This document shows positions 24,501-37,580 of a stretch of DNA of 64,000 nucleotides, piece by piece. A program made the position numbers and the translations under genes. Below the pieces are notes generated by a model. That model had not been told where the DNA came from and searched no databases. It saw only the letters and a list, made by a program, of their open reading frames with translations. Source of the DNA: Octopus vulgaris (taxonomy: Eukaryota); the NCBI GenBank assembly GCA_951406725.2, contig OX597822.1:38564001-38628000 (forward strand), read 5' to 3'. Position 1 is the first letter of the stretch, and each line of letters opens with the position of its first letter.

Positions 24501-25306
24501 TGATAGTAGTTTGGGGCCTGGTAAACAACTCCAAGTAGAAGTGTTGATGTACTTATACAAATGTCTCAGAAAAAATACATCTTGTCATGACTGGTTCAAA
24601 TCGTCACAAAGAACTGCTAAAAATCTTGAGTAAACATGGACCATCATGCCACCTTCAGAGCAATTAGAGCAGTTTTTGTGAAACAAGTTAATAGCCAGTG
24701 ATGCTAAAAACACCATTGCTGAGTAAACAATGTGCCTGTATTTCCATAAATTTAATGAAATTAGGGTAAATACTTTTAACATATGAGTCAAAAAGGCAAA
24801 CCATTAAAGGCTGGAGTATATCTGACCCTAACCCTAACCCTGAAGAGGGGAAACCAGTCTTTGTGATGCTGCTGGTGATGTGTATTTTTCAAGAGATATC
24901 CTCAGAGATGGTGAGGCCAATGTTCTTTCATAGTGTGTTAGATGGTTCTAAATAGGTGCTTGTTTATGTTTAGTGAAGGGAGAGATGCATCATTGTTTGC
25001 TTGTCGAGTGTACATTCACAGATACACATACGTACACATACAGGCATGCACATATATACAGACATACACTGACAGTCATATCCACATATACTCCAATATA
25101 AACACACACACATATATACATAGCCTAATGTATACATATACAGAAGTACACACACAGACACACACAACATTCCTTTATTTTAATACCTTCAGGCAAAAAA
25201 ATTCTAAGTGAAGGAAACAGGACCAGTTTTGTAAGGGTCATTATTTCAATAGAAACACACACGTCTTGTTCTAATAGACACACATGCCTATGCACTTATG
25301 TCTGTC

Positions 25307-25357
<51 letters not shown>

Positions 25358-25379
25358 TATATAAATTATATATATATAT

Positions 25380-25956
25380 TGACCGAGACTTTTGGAAATA
25401 GGCTGTGCTTGAGAAGACCCGGCAAGCCAAATGAGACCATAACCTTGTGGCCTATACCAGGGGTGTAACCAGCCCACTTATGCATACCTTTCCTTCATTG
25501 GACACTGCTTGCGAAGACCTGTTGAGGCGAGTGAAATCAAAATCAAATTCGATGACAGGCATCTGTGTTAGTGGAGCACTAAGAACACCATCCGAGCGTG
25601 ATCGTTGCCAGAGCGGCTAACTGGCGTCTGTGTCGGTGGCATGTAAAAAGCACCATTCGAGTGTGATCATACCAATGTCGCCTTACTGGCACTTGTGTTG
25701 GTGACACGTAAAAAAAAAACACCATTTGGGCGTGGCCATTGCCAATACCGCCTGACTGGCCCTCGTGCCAGTGGCACATATAAGCACCCACTACACTCTC
25801 GGAGCGGTTGGCATTAGGAAGGGCATCCAGCTGTAGAAACTCTGCCAGATCAAGATTGGAGCCTGGTGCAGCCATCTGGTTCGGCAGTCCTTAGTCAAAT
25901 TGTCCAACCCATGTTGGCATGGAAAGCGGACGTTAAATGATGATATTGATGATGAT
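25380..25956 (+). mobile_element. RTE-LINE 3' end or derived SINE (family C) with internal tandem modules
   Basis: Begins with the RTE ORF terminus GCTGTGCTTGAGAAGACCCGGCAAGCC; ends GGCATTAGGAAGGGCATCCAGCTGTAGAAAC...CCAACCCATG...GGACGTTAAATGATGAT. Confidence 0.85.
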
Positions 25957-26241
25957 CTATATAATATATAAAGTAACAAATTATGGAAAGGAATTCCTTC
26001 AAAGGGGTGTGTAAAACATCCATTTCACTGGTACAATGGTTGAATACCATATAAATATGGGTATAATGCAAATTACAAAAAATAAATTAGAGATACAGTT
26101 GACAATCCAATAATTTATTTATATCATAACATAATATACTATGAATATAATAAGATATAAAATAACATCACATAATGATTGTTTAATGATATTTTATGTT
26201 ATAATATAAATGGATTATTGGATTGTCAACTGTATCTCACT

Positions 26242-26471
26242 ATACATATACATACATACATATATATACATACATACATACATACATATATACATACATA
26301 CATATGCATATATATACATACATAAATACATATATATACATACATAAATACATATATATACATACATAAATACATATATATATACATACATAAATACATA
26401 TACATACATAAATACATACACATACATAAATACATACACATACATAAATACATACATACATATACATATAT

Positions 26472-26520
<49 letters not shown>

Positions 26521-26527
26521 CACACAC

Positions 26528-26568
<41 letters not shown>

Positions 26569-26588
26569 TACAAATACATACATATATG
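26242..26588. repeat. (TACA)/(TA) microsatellite with higher-order 18-22 bp units
   Basis: Directly visible; CATACATAAATACAT recurs. Confidence 0.95.
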
Positions 26589-26959
26589 GCACATATTTGA
26601 AATCATTGATTGTCATAGTCATAATAGTAGTAAACTGGTTGAACTAGATAGTAACATGTGTTACTGTTGGTGGGGGAAGTGGTAGTGGTGATAGAGGGTT
26701 ATAGACAGAGGCACAAGGCGTGAGAGAGAAAGAGGGAGGAGGAAATGGTGAGATCATCTTCATATGATATATTTGTTTTTTTACACCTACATCCACACAC
26801 AGAGGGGTAGGGTGGGAATGATGTTCTAATCTGTACATATGTGGTCATATACATTATGTATACCTTGTACTTCATGATATATTATACAGCCTTCTGCTTC
26901 TCTTTTCTTCATATTTTTTTTTCTTTATTTGGTAGATATTTATATTGAAATAAGTTAAA

Positions 26960-27715
26960 ATGTGTGACCTGTCTGATTTTCAAAGAGGACAAATTGTTGG
27001 ACCACAGATGGCTAGAGCTTCAGTTGTTTAACCTTTTGGCATTTAAACTGGCCACATCTGGTCCAAATATTCTACGTGTTTTATGTTCAAACTAGTCAGA
27101 TCCAGCTTCTCACACCAACCCTACAATGACATTCTGAAACTAAACAATCACATCTTTGGAATTTCAAAACTATGGGATAATGCATGATTAATGATTAATT
27201 AAAAACAATGTGAATAGATAAGCATTACACTTGACTGAGAAATCTAAATGCTAACAGGTTAATGTTTTGAGAAGTTCAGTTTCTAAAATTATGTTGGCAT
27301 TTCAAAACCAAGTTTAAACCGCCTTTGGTAAGCATAATTGTGAATGGAAAGCAAAACTCAGAGAGAAGGACTACAGAAAAATGAAATGTATTGTGTCTAA
27401 AAGCCATTGAACTATAGCAGTAAAAATGACAGCTGAGCTAAACCACTACTCTGCCAACCCCGTGTCAAACAAAACTGTCCATAAAAGTGGATACCATGGA
27501 AGGTTGCAACTGCTAAATCTTTGGTGTTCCCTAACAACACTGACAAGTGGAAAAAATGGTGTCTAAACTTAGAAGTGGCCAATATTTGGATAAGTTTATG
27601 TCTGGAGACACCCTAAAGAAACCATGAACTATGACAGTTTGGCCCTTGTTGTGAAGCATGGAGGTGGCTCTGAGATGATTTCGGTAGGATTTTCTGGGCC
27701 CTCGGTTGTCTTATG
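26960..27715 (+). pseudogene. Tc1-family transposase remnant, interrupted by a MITE
   Basis: MCDLSDFQRGQIVGPQMARASV / FNVLRSSVSKIMLAFQNQV*TAFGKHNCEWKAKLREKDYRKMKCIVSKSH*TIAVKMTAELNHYSANPVSNKTVHKSGYHGR ... VYVWRHPKETMNYDSLALVVKHGGGSEMI: Tc1 HTH N-terminus and the VKHGGG motif. Confidence 0.88.
27032..27258. mobile_element. piggyBac-type MITE inserted in the Tc1 remnant
   Basis: TTAA|CCTTTTGGCATTTAAA ... TCTAAATGCTAACAGG|TTAA; homologous to 8846-9066. Confidence 0.85.
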
Positions 27716-28657
27716 ATGCCTAAATGTAAAAACAGTGGCATACAATTAATCACGTCTAATTAATAGGAGATAACCTGGAGTTAAACAACAGCATCAAAAC
27801 ACGCAACACATTGTCCTTCTGTATATCTACAACAACAACAACAGTAGCAGAGTTTTAACATAGTTATTTTAACAGCTAGAAATAACAGCCACATAACCCT
27901 CAACCCATACCCAACTACCAAACTTTAAACCTAAATTCTGAGACATTTTGTGGAAGCTCAGTGTGTAAGATAATTCTTAAGGCTGTATGTTTAAGGTCTT
28001 TTCACAATAATTTATTTTTGGATTTGACTTCATTGTGTGATACATAGATATGTAGGGTATTTTCCACCCTAAACTGCAGTTCAACTTAAGTGAAATTTGG
28101 TAGACAGAAACTATGTAGAAACTTGGTGGAGGGACCATTCTTGTCCTTAGGTGGTAGACTTGACCCGTTGTACTGTTTGACACAAGCATCAGCACCATAT
28201 GATCTTAGACATCTTTAGCAGGGTTTACTCTGTGTCAAATATTTGGGCCATGTCCTCATAGTGAAGATAACTTCCTCAGAGACCTTGAACAAGGGTCACG
28301 GGTGTATACTTCCTTTTCTAAATCATAAAAAAGGAAAAGGTTTAAAAACAGTTTACTGAATAATTTGATCCTTAATACATTGATTTGGTCACAACTAGAA
28401 TGTCTTTGACCATAATTCAGATAGATCAGGTCCAACCGGGATCTAAACAACAACACCATCAAGAAAGATAGATACATACAGAACATCAGTTGTTGTTGTC
28501 AATTCCAATAGGTGGACTCTCCTGACCAGTGGCCCCTCCTTCCCCAATTATTCCCTCTTTGAAACCATATTTATTCATCTCTAGTCTGACCCTTGACATC
28601 AGATGAATGATGTGTAGCTTTAAGTCTATGAAACTTCAAGTAAGAGTGACTGAGTAT

Positions 28658-28859
28658 ACTCTTTTACTTGTTTCAGTCAGTGGACTGCGGCCATGCTGGA
28701 GCACCACCTTTAGTCCAATCAAATTGACCCCAGGACTTATTCTTTGCAAACCTAGTACTTATTCTATTGGTCTCTTTTGCCAAACTGCTAAGTTATGGGG
28801 ACCTAAACACACCAGCATCAGTTGTCAAGTGATGTTGGGGGGACAAACACAGATACACA

Positions 28860-28895
<36 letters not shown>

Positions 28896-29045
28896 GACAG
28901 GCTTCTTTCAGTTTCTGTCTACCAAATCCACTCACAAGGCTTTGGTTGGTCTGAGGCTATAGTAGAAGACATATGCCCAAGGTGCCATGCAGTGGGACTG
29001 AACCCAGAATCATATGGTTGGTAAGCAAGCTACTTACCACACAGC

Positions 29046-29048
<3 letters not shown>
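28658..29048 (-). mobile_element. SINE family B, full length
   Basis: Reverse complement runs from GTGGCTGTGTGGTAAGTAGCTTGC through the internal (TA)(TG)n to CCAGCATGGCCGCAGTC...GAAACAAGTAAAAGAG. Confidence 0.9.
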
Positions 29049-29079
<31 letters not shown>

Positions 29080-30177
29080 TTGATTTCAAATTTTGAGCAA
29101 AGCTGAACTCAGTGGAATTTGATCTCAGAACATAAAGACAGATGAACTGCTGTAAAGCATTCTGTCTGGCGCAGTAATAATTCTGCCAGCTCGCCACCTT
29201 ATGTATGTAATATTAACAAGATGCATGTATGGCTGTGTGGTTAATAGTTTGCTTAGCAAGCATGTGGTTTCTGGCCCAGGCCCACTGCACAGCAGAGATA
29301 AACACATGCACATCAGAAAACAATGGGTTAAATATTTGACAGTATTTTAATTTCAGTACCTTCTGCTCTGAGTTCAAATCTGATCCGAACTGACTTGATA
29401 TTGCTTATCTCTCAAGGGTTACTAAGTATTATGTTGCATGGGTGCACATGCATGCATGCATGCATGGGTGTGTGCATATATAAAAAGAAAGGTGTCTATG
29501 CTTTTGTATATGCACAGATGTGTTAAACAGTGAGTGTATGTTAATTTATACCCATATGCGTATATGTTCATCTGTGATGCATACCAAAGTGCTTGTAAGT
29601 TTTCATGTATGCATATATATATGTACTGTATGAGAACATGAAAATGTATGTATATGCAGATGTATATATATATATATGTTCATGTCCTTGATACATAGTG
29701 TATATGTATGTGTACAGACCAACACAACAAGTGTTCAAAACTGTAAAGGTTACAATCTCTAAACAATCTGGTCATCATAACGAAGTGAAATCAGATGTAA
29801 TTAGCAGCTTTTGACCTTTCAATGGAGAGATTCAATTTTCAGTTGACACAAACAAACAAACAATACAACAACAACAACATTATTTCTGTGTGAAATTCAA
29901 ATTTTCTCCACCACTCCCCACCATAACCGCAGCTGCCACCACAGCCACCACCTTTACCACCACCGCTACTGTTGCAACCATAACTGTTGCTGCCGCCGCC
30001 TCTAGTAACACTACCACCACCACCACCACCACCACCACCCCACCAATCTACTTGAGAAAACTGATAAAACAATATCAAGTATCCAAAAGTTGAGCAGGGC
30101 AGCTAATTTACTAATACTACAATTGAATCTTTCAATAAAAGATCTAATTGACTTTTTTTGTTTAAATTAACAATAAT

Positions 30178-30515
30178 CATCATCATCATCGTTTAACGTC
30201 TGTTTTCCATGCTGGCATGGGTTGGACGGCTCAACTGGGGTCTTGGAATCCAGGAGGCTGCACCAGGCTCCAGTCTGATCTGGCAGTGTTTCTACAGTTG
30301 GATGCCCTTCCTAATGCCAACCACTCCGAGAGTGTAGTGGGTGCTTTTTATGTGCCACAGGGCGCTAGCAACGACCATGATCAGTTGGTGCCTTTTACGT
30401 GCCACCAGCACAGAAGCCAGTCAAAGTGGTACTGGCATTGGCCACGTTTGGACGGTGCTGTTTACATGCCACCGGCATGAGGATCACAACTACAATTTCC
30501 ATTTGATTTTGATGT
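30178..30515 (-). mobile_element. Family C (RTE-type tail) element
   Basis: (CAT)n-CGTTTAACGTC...CCATGCTGGCATGGGTTGGACGG...GGATGCCCTTCCTAATGCCAACCACTCCGAGAG. Confidence 0.85.
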
Positions 30516-30524
30516 ACTTTTCTA

Positions 30525-30920
30525 ATAATAACTCCTTTATTTGTCACAAACAAGAGCTCAAAGACAATAGGAATAATACAACCACTGTCCCCAAGCAAAA
30601 CAGGGTATAGCACTGAAGGTGGGGGAACATACAGAAATATATATATACATACATACACACACACATACATACATACATAAAATAACAAAAACAAGACATT
30701 ATATAAAATACTAACTCCCCAAAAAGTTCCCTTCCCAAGAGGATAAGGCCACTAAGAGTAATTCAAGAAATTCCAACCTCACAGATCCTGGGTTGCTCTG
30801 ACCATCAAGGGCAAGTATTCTCCCTCAGTTGTCAGTGCCTCCTTCTCTGGCATCATCATCGTCCTTTCTCTAAGAGGACCATGAAAATGTCAATAAGGGC
30901 CTGACTGAAGAGGCAAGGGT
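30525..30920 (-). mobile_element. Possible Tx1/L1-type LINE 3' end
   Basis: Minus strand has FSQALIDIFMVLLEK, weakly like a Tx1 ORF2 C-terminus, and ends TTTGAGCTCTTGTTTGTGACAAATAAAGGAGTTATTATT with AATAAA. Confidence 0.4.
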
Positions 30921-31429
30921 TGAATTTGTAAGCTAGGGCACAAATTTGCAAATAATATGTTTTTGTGTTTGGTTTGCAAAATTCTTGGTGTGAAGTGATG
31001 TGTTGTATCTCAGGAGGGTCATCATGCCAATAATAAACACATGCACTGATTCTATTTCACTTCTTTATATCATTTTTATTTGTCACTTAGTTTATTATTT
31101 AACTAATCAATTGTCTGGTCACCAAACTAATCAGATTTGTCAAAGTCTTTTCATTGGCATTTGTAGCCTCATCAATTGTATATAAGATTAAATATAACTT
31201 AAATAGAAGCATTGTTCAACTAATTTGGCAATGCCATACACTTAAAAATGAATTCTAATGTAGGTACAAAGCCATATTTATGGGGGATGGTATACGCTTG
31301 GCAAATATGAAACCTGAGAAGAGATTGGTGTAAAAAGCCAAACTTGCTATCTTCAGTTCAAATGTAAATAATTGCTATCTTCAATTCCGTTTCCTTGCTT
31401 ATCCTCATCCTATAACCATAAATATTGAA

Positions 31430-31855
31430 TTATGACCAAAAGAGTAGGATCATGAATATGACAGAAATGGGGATCTTCTAAAGGATCACAGAAGTAATGC
31501 TACTCAACACGGTGCATAACTTGGAGATCGGGGAGACTTTCAAGGGTTGAACTGCTACTTTTCAGTATCGAGAGGTCACAGCTCCAGTATTATGGGAATG
31601 TGATTAGAATGTTGCAGGAAAGAATCGTAAGACAAATTCTTCAAGCTGAGCCAATTGGAGAAGACCTGGAAGCAGACCAAGAATAAGATGGTTGGATAAT
31701 ATCCATAGTCTCATAGTTGGTTATGGCTGGGAACCCTGCTGGAAAGGGCAATGACAGTTGCTTCTGATGGGACCCTACAGACAAGGTACCTGATGACTCC
31801 ACTGCCATGACTCTCCCAAGAACAGTGGGTGGTGGAAATGGATGGATGAAGGGAT
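31430..31855 (+). mobile_element. RTE-clade LINE 3' fragment
   Basis: Frameshifted translation ...EMGIF*RITEVMLLNTVHNLEIGETF / ELLLFSIERSQLQYYGNVIRMLQERIVRQILQAEPIG / RPGSRPRIRWLDNI matches the RTE C-terminal QLRW.GHV.RM...GRPR.RW motif; (TGGA)n tail. Confidence 0.8.
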
Positions 31856-32205
31856 GAAATTATGAAATGTAATTATCATTAAAAAGGGCATTCTACTGTA
31901 GAGCTTACCAAAGCAGATGTTTGGGCTTGGAGCAGTCCTCTGGATTGCTGACAACTGTTGAACTGTCCAACCCAAACCAGCATGGAAAACAGACATTAAA
32001 TGATGGTGAAGATGATGATGATGATAATGATGGTAATGGTTATGATGAATGGAAGGAAGAGGAAAAAGCAAGAACAGCAAATGTTGCTGTTGGCAGATCG
32101 AATGTTATCATCTAACAGGAAATTAGAGATACTAAGAAGGTTGAACAGCATCTAATGTCACCAACTCAGGTTTTTCTTGTCTCTCAGTTTCCTCTCAACT
32201 TACAG

Positions 32206-32254
<49 letters not shown>

Positions 32255-32706
32255 CATATGTATATGTGTGTTATTTAGAGGTTTGGTTACATATAGCATA
32301 TTATATGTATGTGTATACACACAAGAATTTTACGGGTGTATAACATAACTGCTTCAAACATTTTGATCTCTTTCAGAACCAAATTCCTAAGAGATCAAAT
32401 GATTGAAAACTTTTGACAAACCTGCTGTAAAGCATTAAATAGTCTAGTTTAGTTTTTGAATATTCTTGTTCCAACAAACAAGACAATATAAACACACATA
32501 CATGTGTGTGAATGTGTGCATAATATTGGCATGTGTGTCTATGTACATAATGTATATATATAAATATAAACGTAACAACGTGAGCCATAGCCAGGCTAGC
32601 AAGAAGCTGAAGGACACTATATTCTGTTGCCTACGGAAAACTGTGACAACGCAACAGCTTCAGTTTATAAAACAATGTGTCTCGTGCAAAATGACCATTC
32701 CTAAAT

Positions 32707-32769
<63 letters not shown>

Positions 32770-33201
32770 TACACACATGACGAAAGCTATTTTTTATAAA
32801 GATGGATAATGTTATCAAACTGATATTGTTATCAAAATTAGTTGGTCCTGAAAACATTCAGGGTATTGTGATATCTTCTGTTTAATATTATCAGCCAGTT
32901 GTTATCTAAAGGGTTCCATTCTAAACTGATCACAATAAATTGCTTCAACAGTATGTGTATGCGTACACACACACACACACAATAAGTACATACAGAAGTA
33001 GAGAAAAAAACAGATGTTAGATTAAGGTTATATACACATACATAACAACATTTAGATTACACATGTACACACAAATATGTACATGTATTTGTAGTGTGTG
33101 TGTGTGGCTCTAGACATTTGATAGCGCATTAAATGTGAAATATTAGACTAAATGATAAAAAACTTCTATAATCTAAAGTTAAGAACTATAGGCATACCAT
33201 G

Positions 33202-33257
<56 letters not shown>

Positions 33258-33518
33258 GCATGAACACACACATACACACACAAATATACTGAATGTATGT
33301 GTCTATCTAGAAGACAAGAGAGAGGCTGTGTATGTGTAAGTTGACTACACATTGTATGTGTGTGTGTGTATTTTTAAAAGCAGGAGGTGCGATTGAAGTT
33401 ATCTCCATCCATCCCTCCCTCTCTCTCTCTCCACACACACACACTCTCAGACAGAAAGTAAGAGATGAAGAGACAGGAGGTAGCAGAAGGGACTTGTGTG
33501 CTTGTATGTATTAGAATA

Positions 33519-33574
<56 letters not shown>

Positions 33575-33602
33575 ATATGTATGCATGTATGTATGTATGT
33601 AT

Positions 33603-33646
<44 letters not shown>

Positions 33647-33885
33647 GTATGTATGTATATATATGTATATAGATAGATATATATGCAGCACAGAATTATG
33701 TCAGTGAACAGGTCGCGGTCTCAAAGCAACAAAAATATTTTGGCAAATTAAATTTAAATGTTGAAGTGAATCTAATGGCTTTTGAGTTTCTTAAATGGCT
33801 TATAAACACCTTCCACACTGCAATTGTTTTTGTTCCAGCAAATGATCTCAGATCAGATTACTTGCTATGCAAGTACATCTCTGTA

Positions 33886-33916
<31 letters not shown>

Positions 33917-34048
33917 CTGTTATTAGCTGAGATTATTAAAGGAGTGAATCAAGGGCTTACAATTTCATACATAGACAAGTGCAATTCATGTACTCTGCAT
34001 TATGTATAGAGTTCACCATGAGGTTTGCAACGCAAAAACATGCTGGTA

Positions 34049-34090
<42 letters not shown>

Positions 34091-34233
34091 ATGGGCACCT
34101 AATGCACTCACAAGGCTTTCTTTGACAAGAAGTTGCATAGTGGGGCTGAACCCAAGAACACAGGGTTGGGAAGCAAGGTTCTTATCCACACAACTGTATT
34201 TGCGCCAACATATGTGTGTGTGCATATATGTAG

Positions 34234-34278
<45 letters not shown>

Positions 34279-35475
34279 AAAAGCACCCCCTACACAATCT
34301 TGGAGTTGTTGGCAGTAGGAAATGTGGAAACCATGCCAAATGAGATTGGAACCTGGTGCAGCTTACCAGTTTTCAGTCAAACAGTCCAATCCATGCCAGC
34401 ATGGAAAACAGATGTTAAATGATGATGATGACGAAGACGACGATATAAGGATGCACACACGCGCATATATATATATATATGTGTGTGTGTGTGGATGATG
34501 TGGATGATGTGTTAGAACAAGAGTAATCTGTTAAAAAAAGCTCTCCTTGACTCGGGTAGGTCTGACTTAGTTTACAAAAACACAACATCACTACTAAACA
34601 TCAGTCCTGGGGTAGCAGATTGGCTGACGAAGTGATGAAGGAGGAGGAGGTGGGTGGATGGGTGACAGCAGTAGTAGCAGTAGAAGGCAGATGTAAGTTA
34701 ATCTATGGAGCAGGGTGGCAGTGATAGGCATACAGAAAAGCAGTTGTAAGTATTAGACATACGTAGATACGTATGTACACACACACACACACACATGCAT
34801 ACACAGCTATGAATACACACATATGCACACAACTAAAAAAGCACAACCACATAGACACACACAAACCATGTACCCCAGAAAGTCAATCCGAATGAGTATA
34901 ACGAAAAATATAGAGAGTGTAGTTTTGATGAAGTACCACCAGTCGGAAAATAGTGAGAGTAGGTCAACTAATTGTAGTGGTGGTGGTGGTGATGATGATG
35001 ATGATGATGGTGGTGGTGATGATGGTGGCAATGATAGTGGCAATGCAAAGGCCTTTGTCACTACTACTGTTACTATAGTCCACAAGGATGTTGGGTAGAA
35101 GTTGATGTATCAAGATGGAAAAGAAGCAACAGTGAGTGACTGGTCACACACACACACACTTATTCACTCTCTCATTTAACGCCAGACTTCCATGCTTGCA
35201 TGCGTTGGACTGTTTGACTGGATATCCAACAAGCTGGAGAGGTGTACTGGGCTTTGATATCTGTTTTGGCACAGTTTCTATGGCTGGATGCCCTTTGAGA
35301 CAGGAACCACTTCACAGAGTGTTTTGGGTGCTCTGTTCACAACACTGGCAACAGCGAGGTTGCTGAGTATCATGCAAGGCAAGGAAAAAGATGCCAAGAC
35401 TGAGTGGGGGGGGCGTAGTAAAGAGGGAGGTAGCTTTATACCAAGGGTTGAGGTACCTTCATTTCATACCAAGTG

Positions 35476-35750
35476 AAGGCACATAGCTCAGTGGTTAGAG
35501 CACTGAGCTCACAGTCATGAGGTAGTGAGTTTGATTCCCAGACTGAGCTGTGTGTTGTGTTCTTGAGCAAGACACTTTATTTCATGTTGCTCCAGTTCAC
35601 TCAGCTGTAGAAAAGAGTTGATGTCACTGATGCCAAGCCGTATCGGCCTTCACCTTTCCTTTGAATAACATCAGTGGTGTGGAGAGGAGAGGCTGGTATG
35701 CATGGGTGACTGCTTGTCTTCCATAAACAACCTTGCTTGGACTTATGCCA
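35476..35750 (+). mobile_element. tRNA-derived SINE family D
   Basis: A-box TAGCTCAGTGGTTAGAGC, B-box GAGTTTGATTCCC, body CTTGAGCAAGACACTTTATTTCA...CCAGTTCACTCAGCTG; abuts a family B tail (35753-35945). Confidence 0.85.
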
Positions 35751-36391
35751 AGTACACCATCGCTTGACAACCGATGTTGGTGTGTTTATGTCCCCATAAC
35801 TTAGTGGTTTGGCAAAAGAGACTGATAGAACAAGTACTAGGCTTATAAAGAATAAGTCCTGGTGTCGATTTCTTCAACTAAAAGGCAGTGCTCCAGCATG
35901 GCTACAGTCGATGCATACACTACAGACTGAAACAAGTAAAAGAATATATATACATATATATAGCGACATCTCTATATATGAGTGTGTGTCATTTTTTTGT
36001 GTGTGTTGGTTCTGTCACACACACATACATACACAGTTCCACGCCACTGCATATTGTTAGATGCACACACACACACACGGCAAGATGTATCCCCACATTC
36101 ATGCCCACAAATGTATTACTGTAATTTATTACAGATCAGGCAGATAGAATAGGTAAACAGACAGGCAGACAGAGGGATGGTTAATTAAACAGGCAGACAG
36201 ACTGATTAATTAGACAGGTAGATATATAATTAGACAGGCAGACAGATAGGAAGCAGATAAGATGGTGAGTGTAGAAAGCTAAGGAGAGAGATACTAGCAG
36301 AGAGAGAGAGAGGAAGGAAAAAGAAAGAAAAAGAGAGAGAGAGAGAGGAAGGAAAAAGAAAGAAAAAGAGAGAGAGAGAGGAAAAAGAAAG

Positions 36392-36432
<41 letters not shown>

Positions 36433-36790
36433 AAGAGTGGTCACCTTAATAACTGTCCTTATACCCACAAACTGGCAGTTATGCTTCCACTCTCTCTGTT
36501 TCACTCTTATTACCTTAATTGCTCATGCAATACCCTCTCTGTTAAATTAGCTCACTCTCACATATATATACATGTATGTGTGTGTGTGTATACACAAGTC
36601 TATGTCACTTGCTTTGACACTGTCGATTTGTTGGTAGGTTCCGTCACAGTCTAATGATACACAATTAAAACCTATAATTTTTTTTAATGTGTATGTGTGT
36701 GTGTGTGTTTTGTGTAAGGAAGTGGGTGAAGATAAGTCTAGGATATGTGTAATAGGAAGGGGGGAAACTACCTAAATAACAGTTTAAATC

Positions 36791-37580
36791 CTAAAAAAAA
36801 TGTCAATGTGGTGGTCATGATGGGAAGATGGAGTGGATACTGTCACCCACATGATACCTCCCCCCCCCCCCACACACACACAGGATTCTTATGTGAACAG
36901 ATGCACACACTTTCTGTGTATGTATTGACTGTGCTAAAAAAATGTCAATGTGGTGGCCATGATTGGAAAATAGAATGGATACTGTCTGCCCACATGCACA
37001 CACTTTCTGTGTATGCATACATATGAGATTTTTATGTGAATAGATGCATACACTTTCTGTGTATGGATTGGTTGTACTAAAAAAATGTCAATGTGGTGGC
37101 CATGATTGGAAAATAGAATAGATACTTCCTGCTCTCATACACACACATGAGATTCTTATGTGAACAGATGCACACACTTTCTGTGTATGCATTGACTGTG
37201 CTAAAAAATATGTCAATGTGGTGGCCATGATTGGAAAATAGAATGGATACTGTCTACTCTCATACACACACATGAGATTCTTATGTGAACAGATGCACAC
37301 ACTTTCTGTGTATGCATTGACTGTGCTAAAAAAATGTCAATGTGGTGGCCATGATTGGAAAATAGAATGGAAACTGCCTGCTCTCATACACACATACAGG
37401 AGATTCTTATGTGAACAGACGCACATACTTTCTGTGTATGCATTGACTGTGCTAAAAAAATATGTCAATGTGGTGGCCATGATTGGAAAATAGAGAGGAT
37501 ACTGTCTACTCTCATACACACACACATGAGATTCATATGTGAACAGACGCACACACTTTCTATGTATGCATCGATTGTGG
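36791..37580. repeat. ~125-bp tandem repeat, about 6 units
   Basis: Unit CTAAAAAAATGTCAATGTGGTGGCCATGATTGGAAAATAGAATGGATACTG...GAGATTCTTATGTGAACAGATGCACACACTTTCTGTGTATGCATTGACTGTG starts at ~36791, 36934, 37077, 37201, 37326 and 37452. Confidence 0.95.

Noticed and set aside
24826-24841. (CCCTAA)2CCCT telomere-like repeat
   Set aside because: Fewer than three units; too short to call an interstitial telomeric site.
28140-28500. Possible L1/Tx1 endonuclease remnant on the minus strand
   Set aside because: Only weak motif resemblance; catalytic motifs are not recognisable.
35476-35550. Functional tRNA genes here and at 63677-63748
   Set aside because: A and B boxes are present but acceptor and anticodon stems do not pair properly, and the sequence continues into a repeat body, so these are SINE heads.
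36791-37580. CRISPR-like array
   Set aside because: Whole units are repeated with no unique spacers, there are no cas genes, and the context is eukaryotic.
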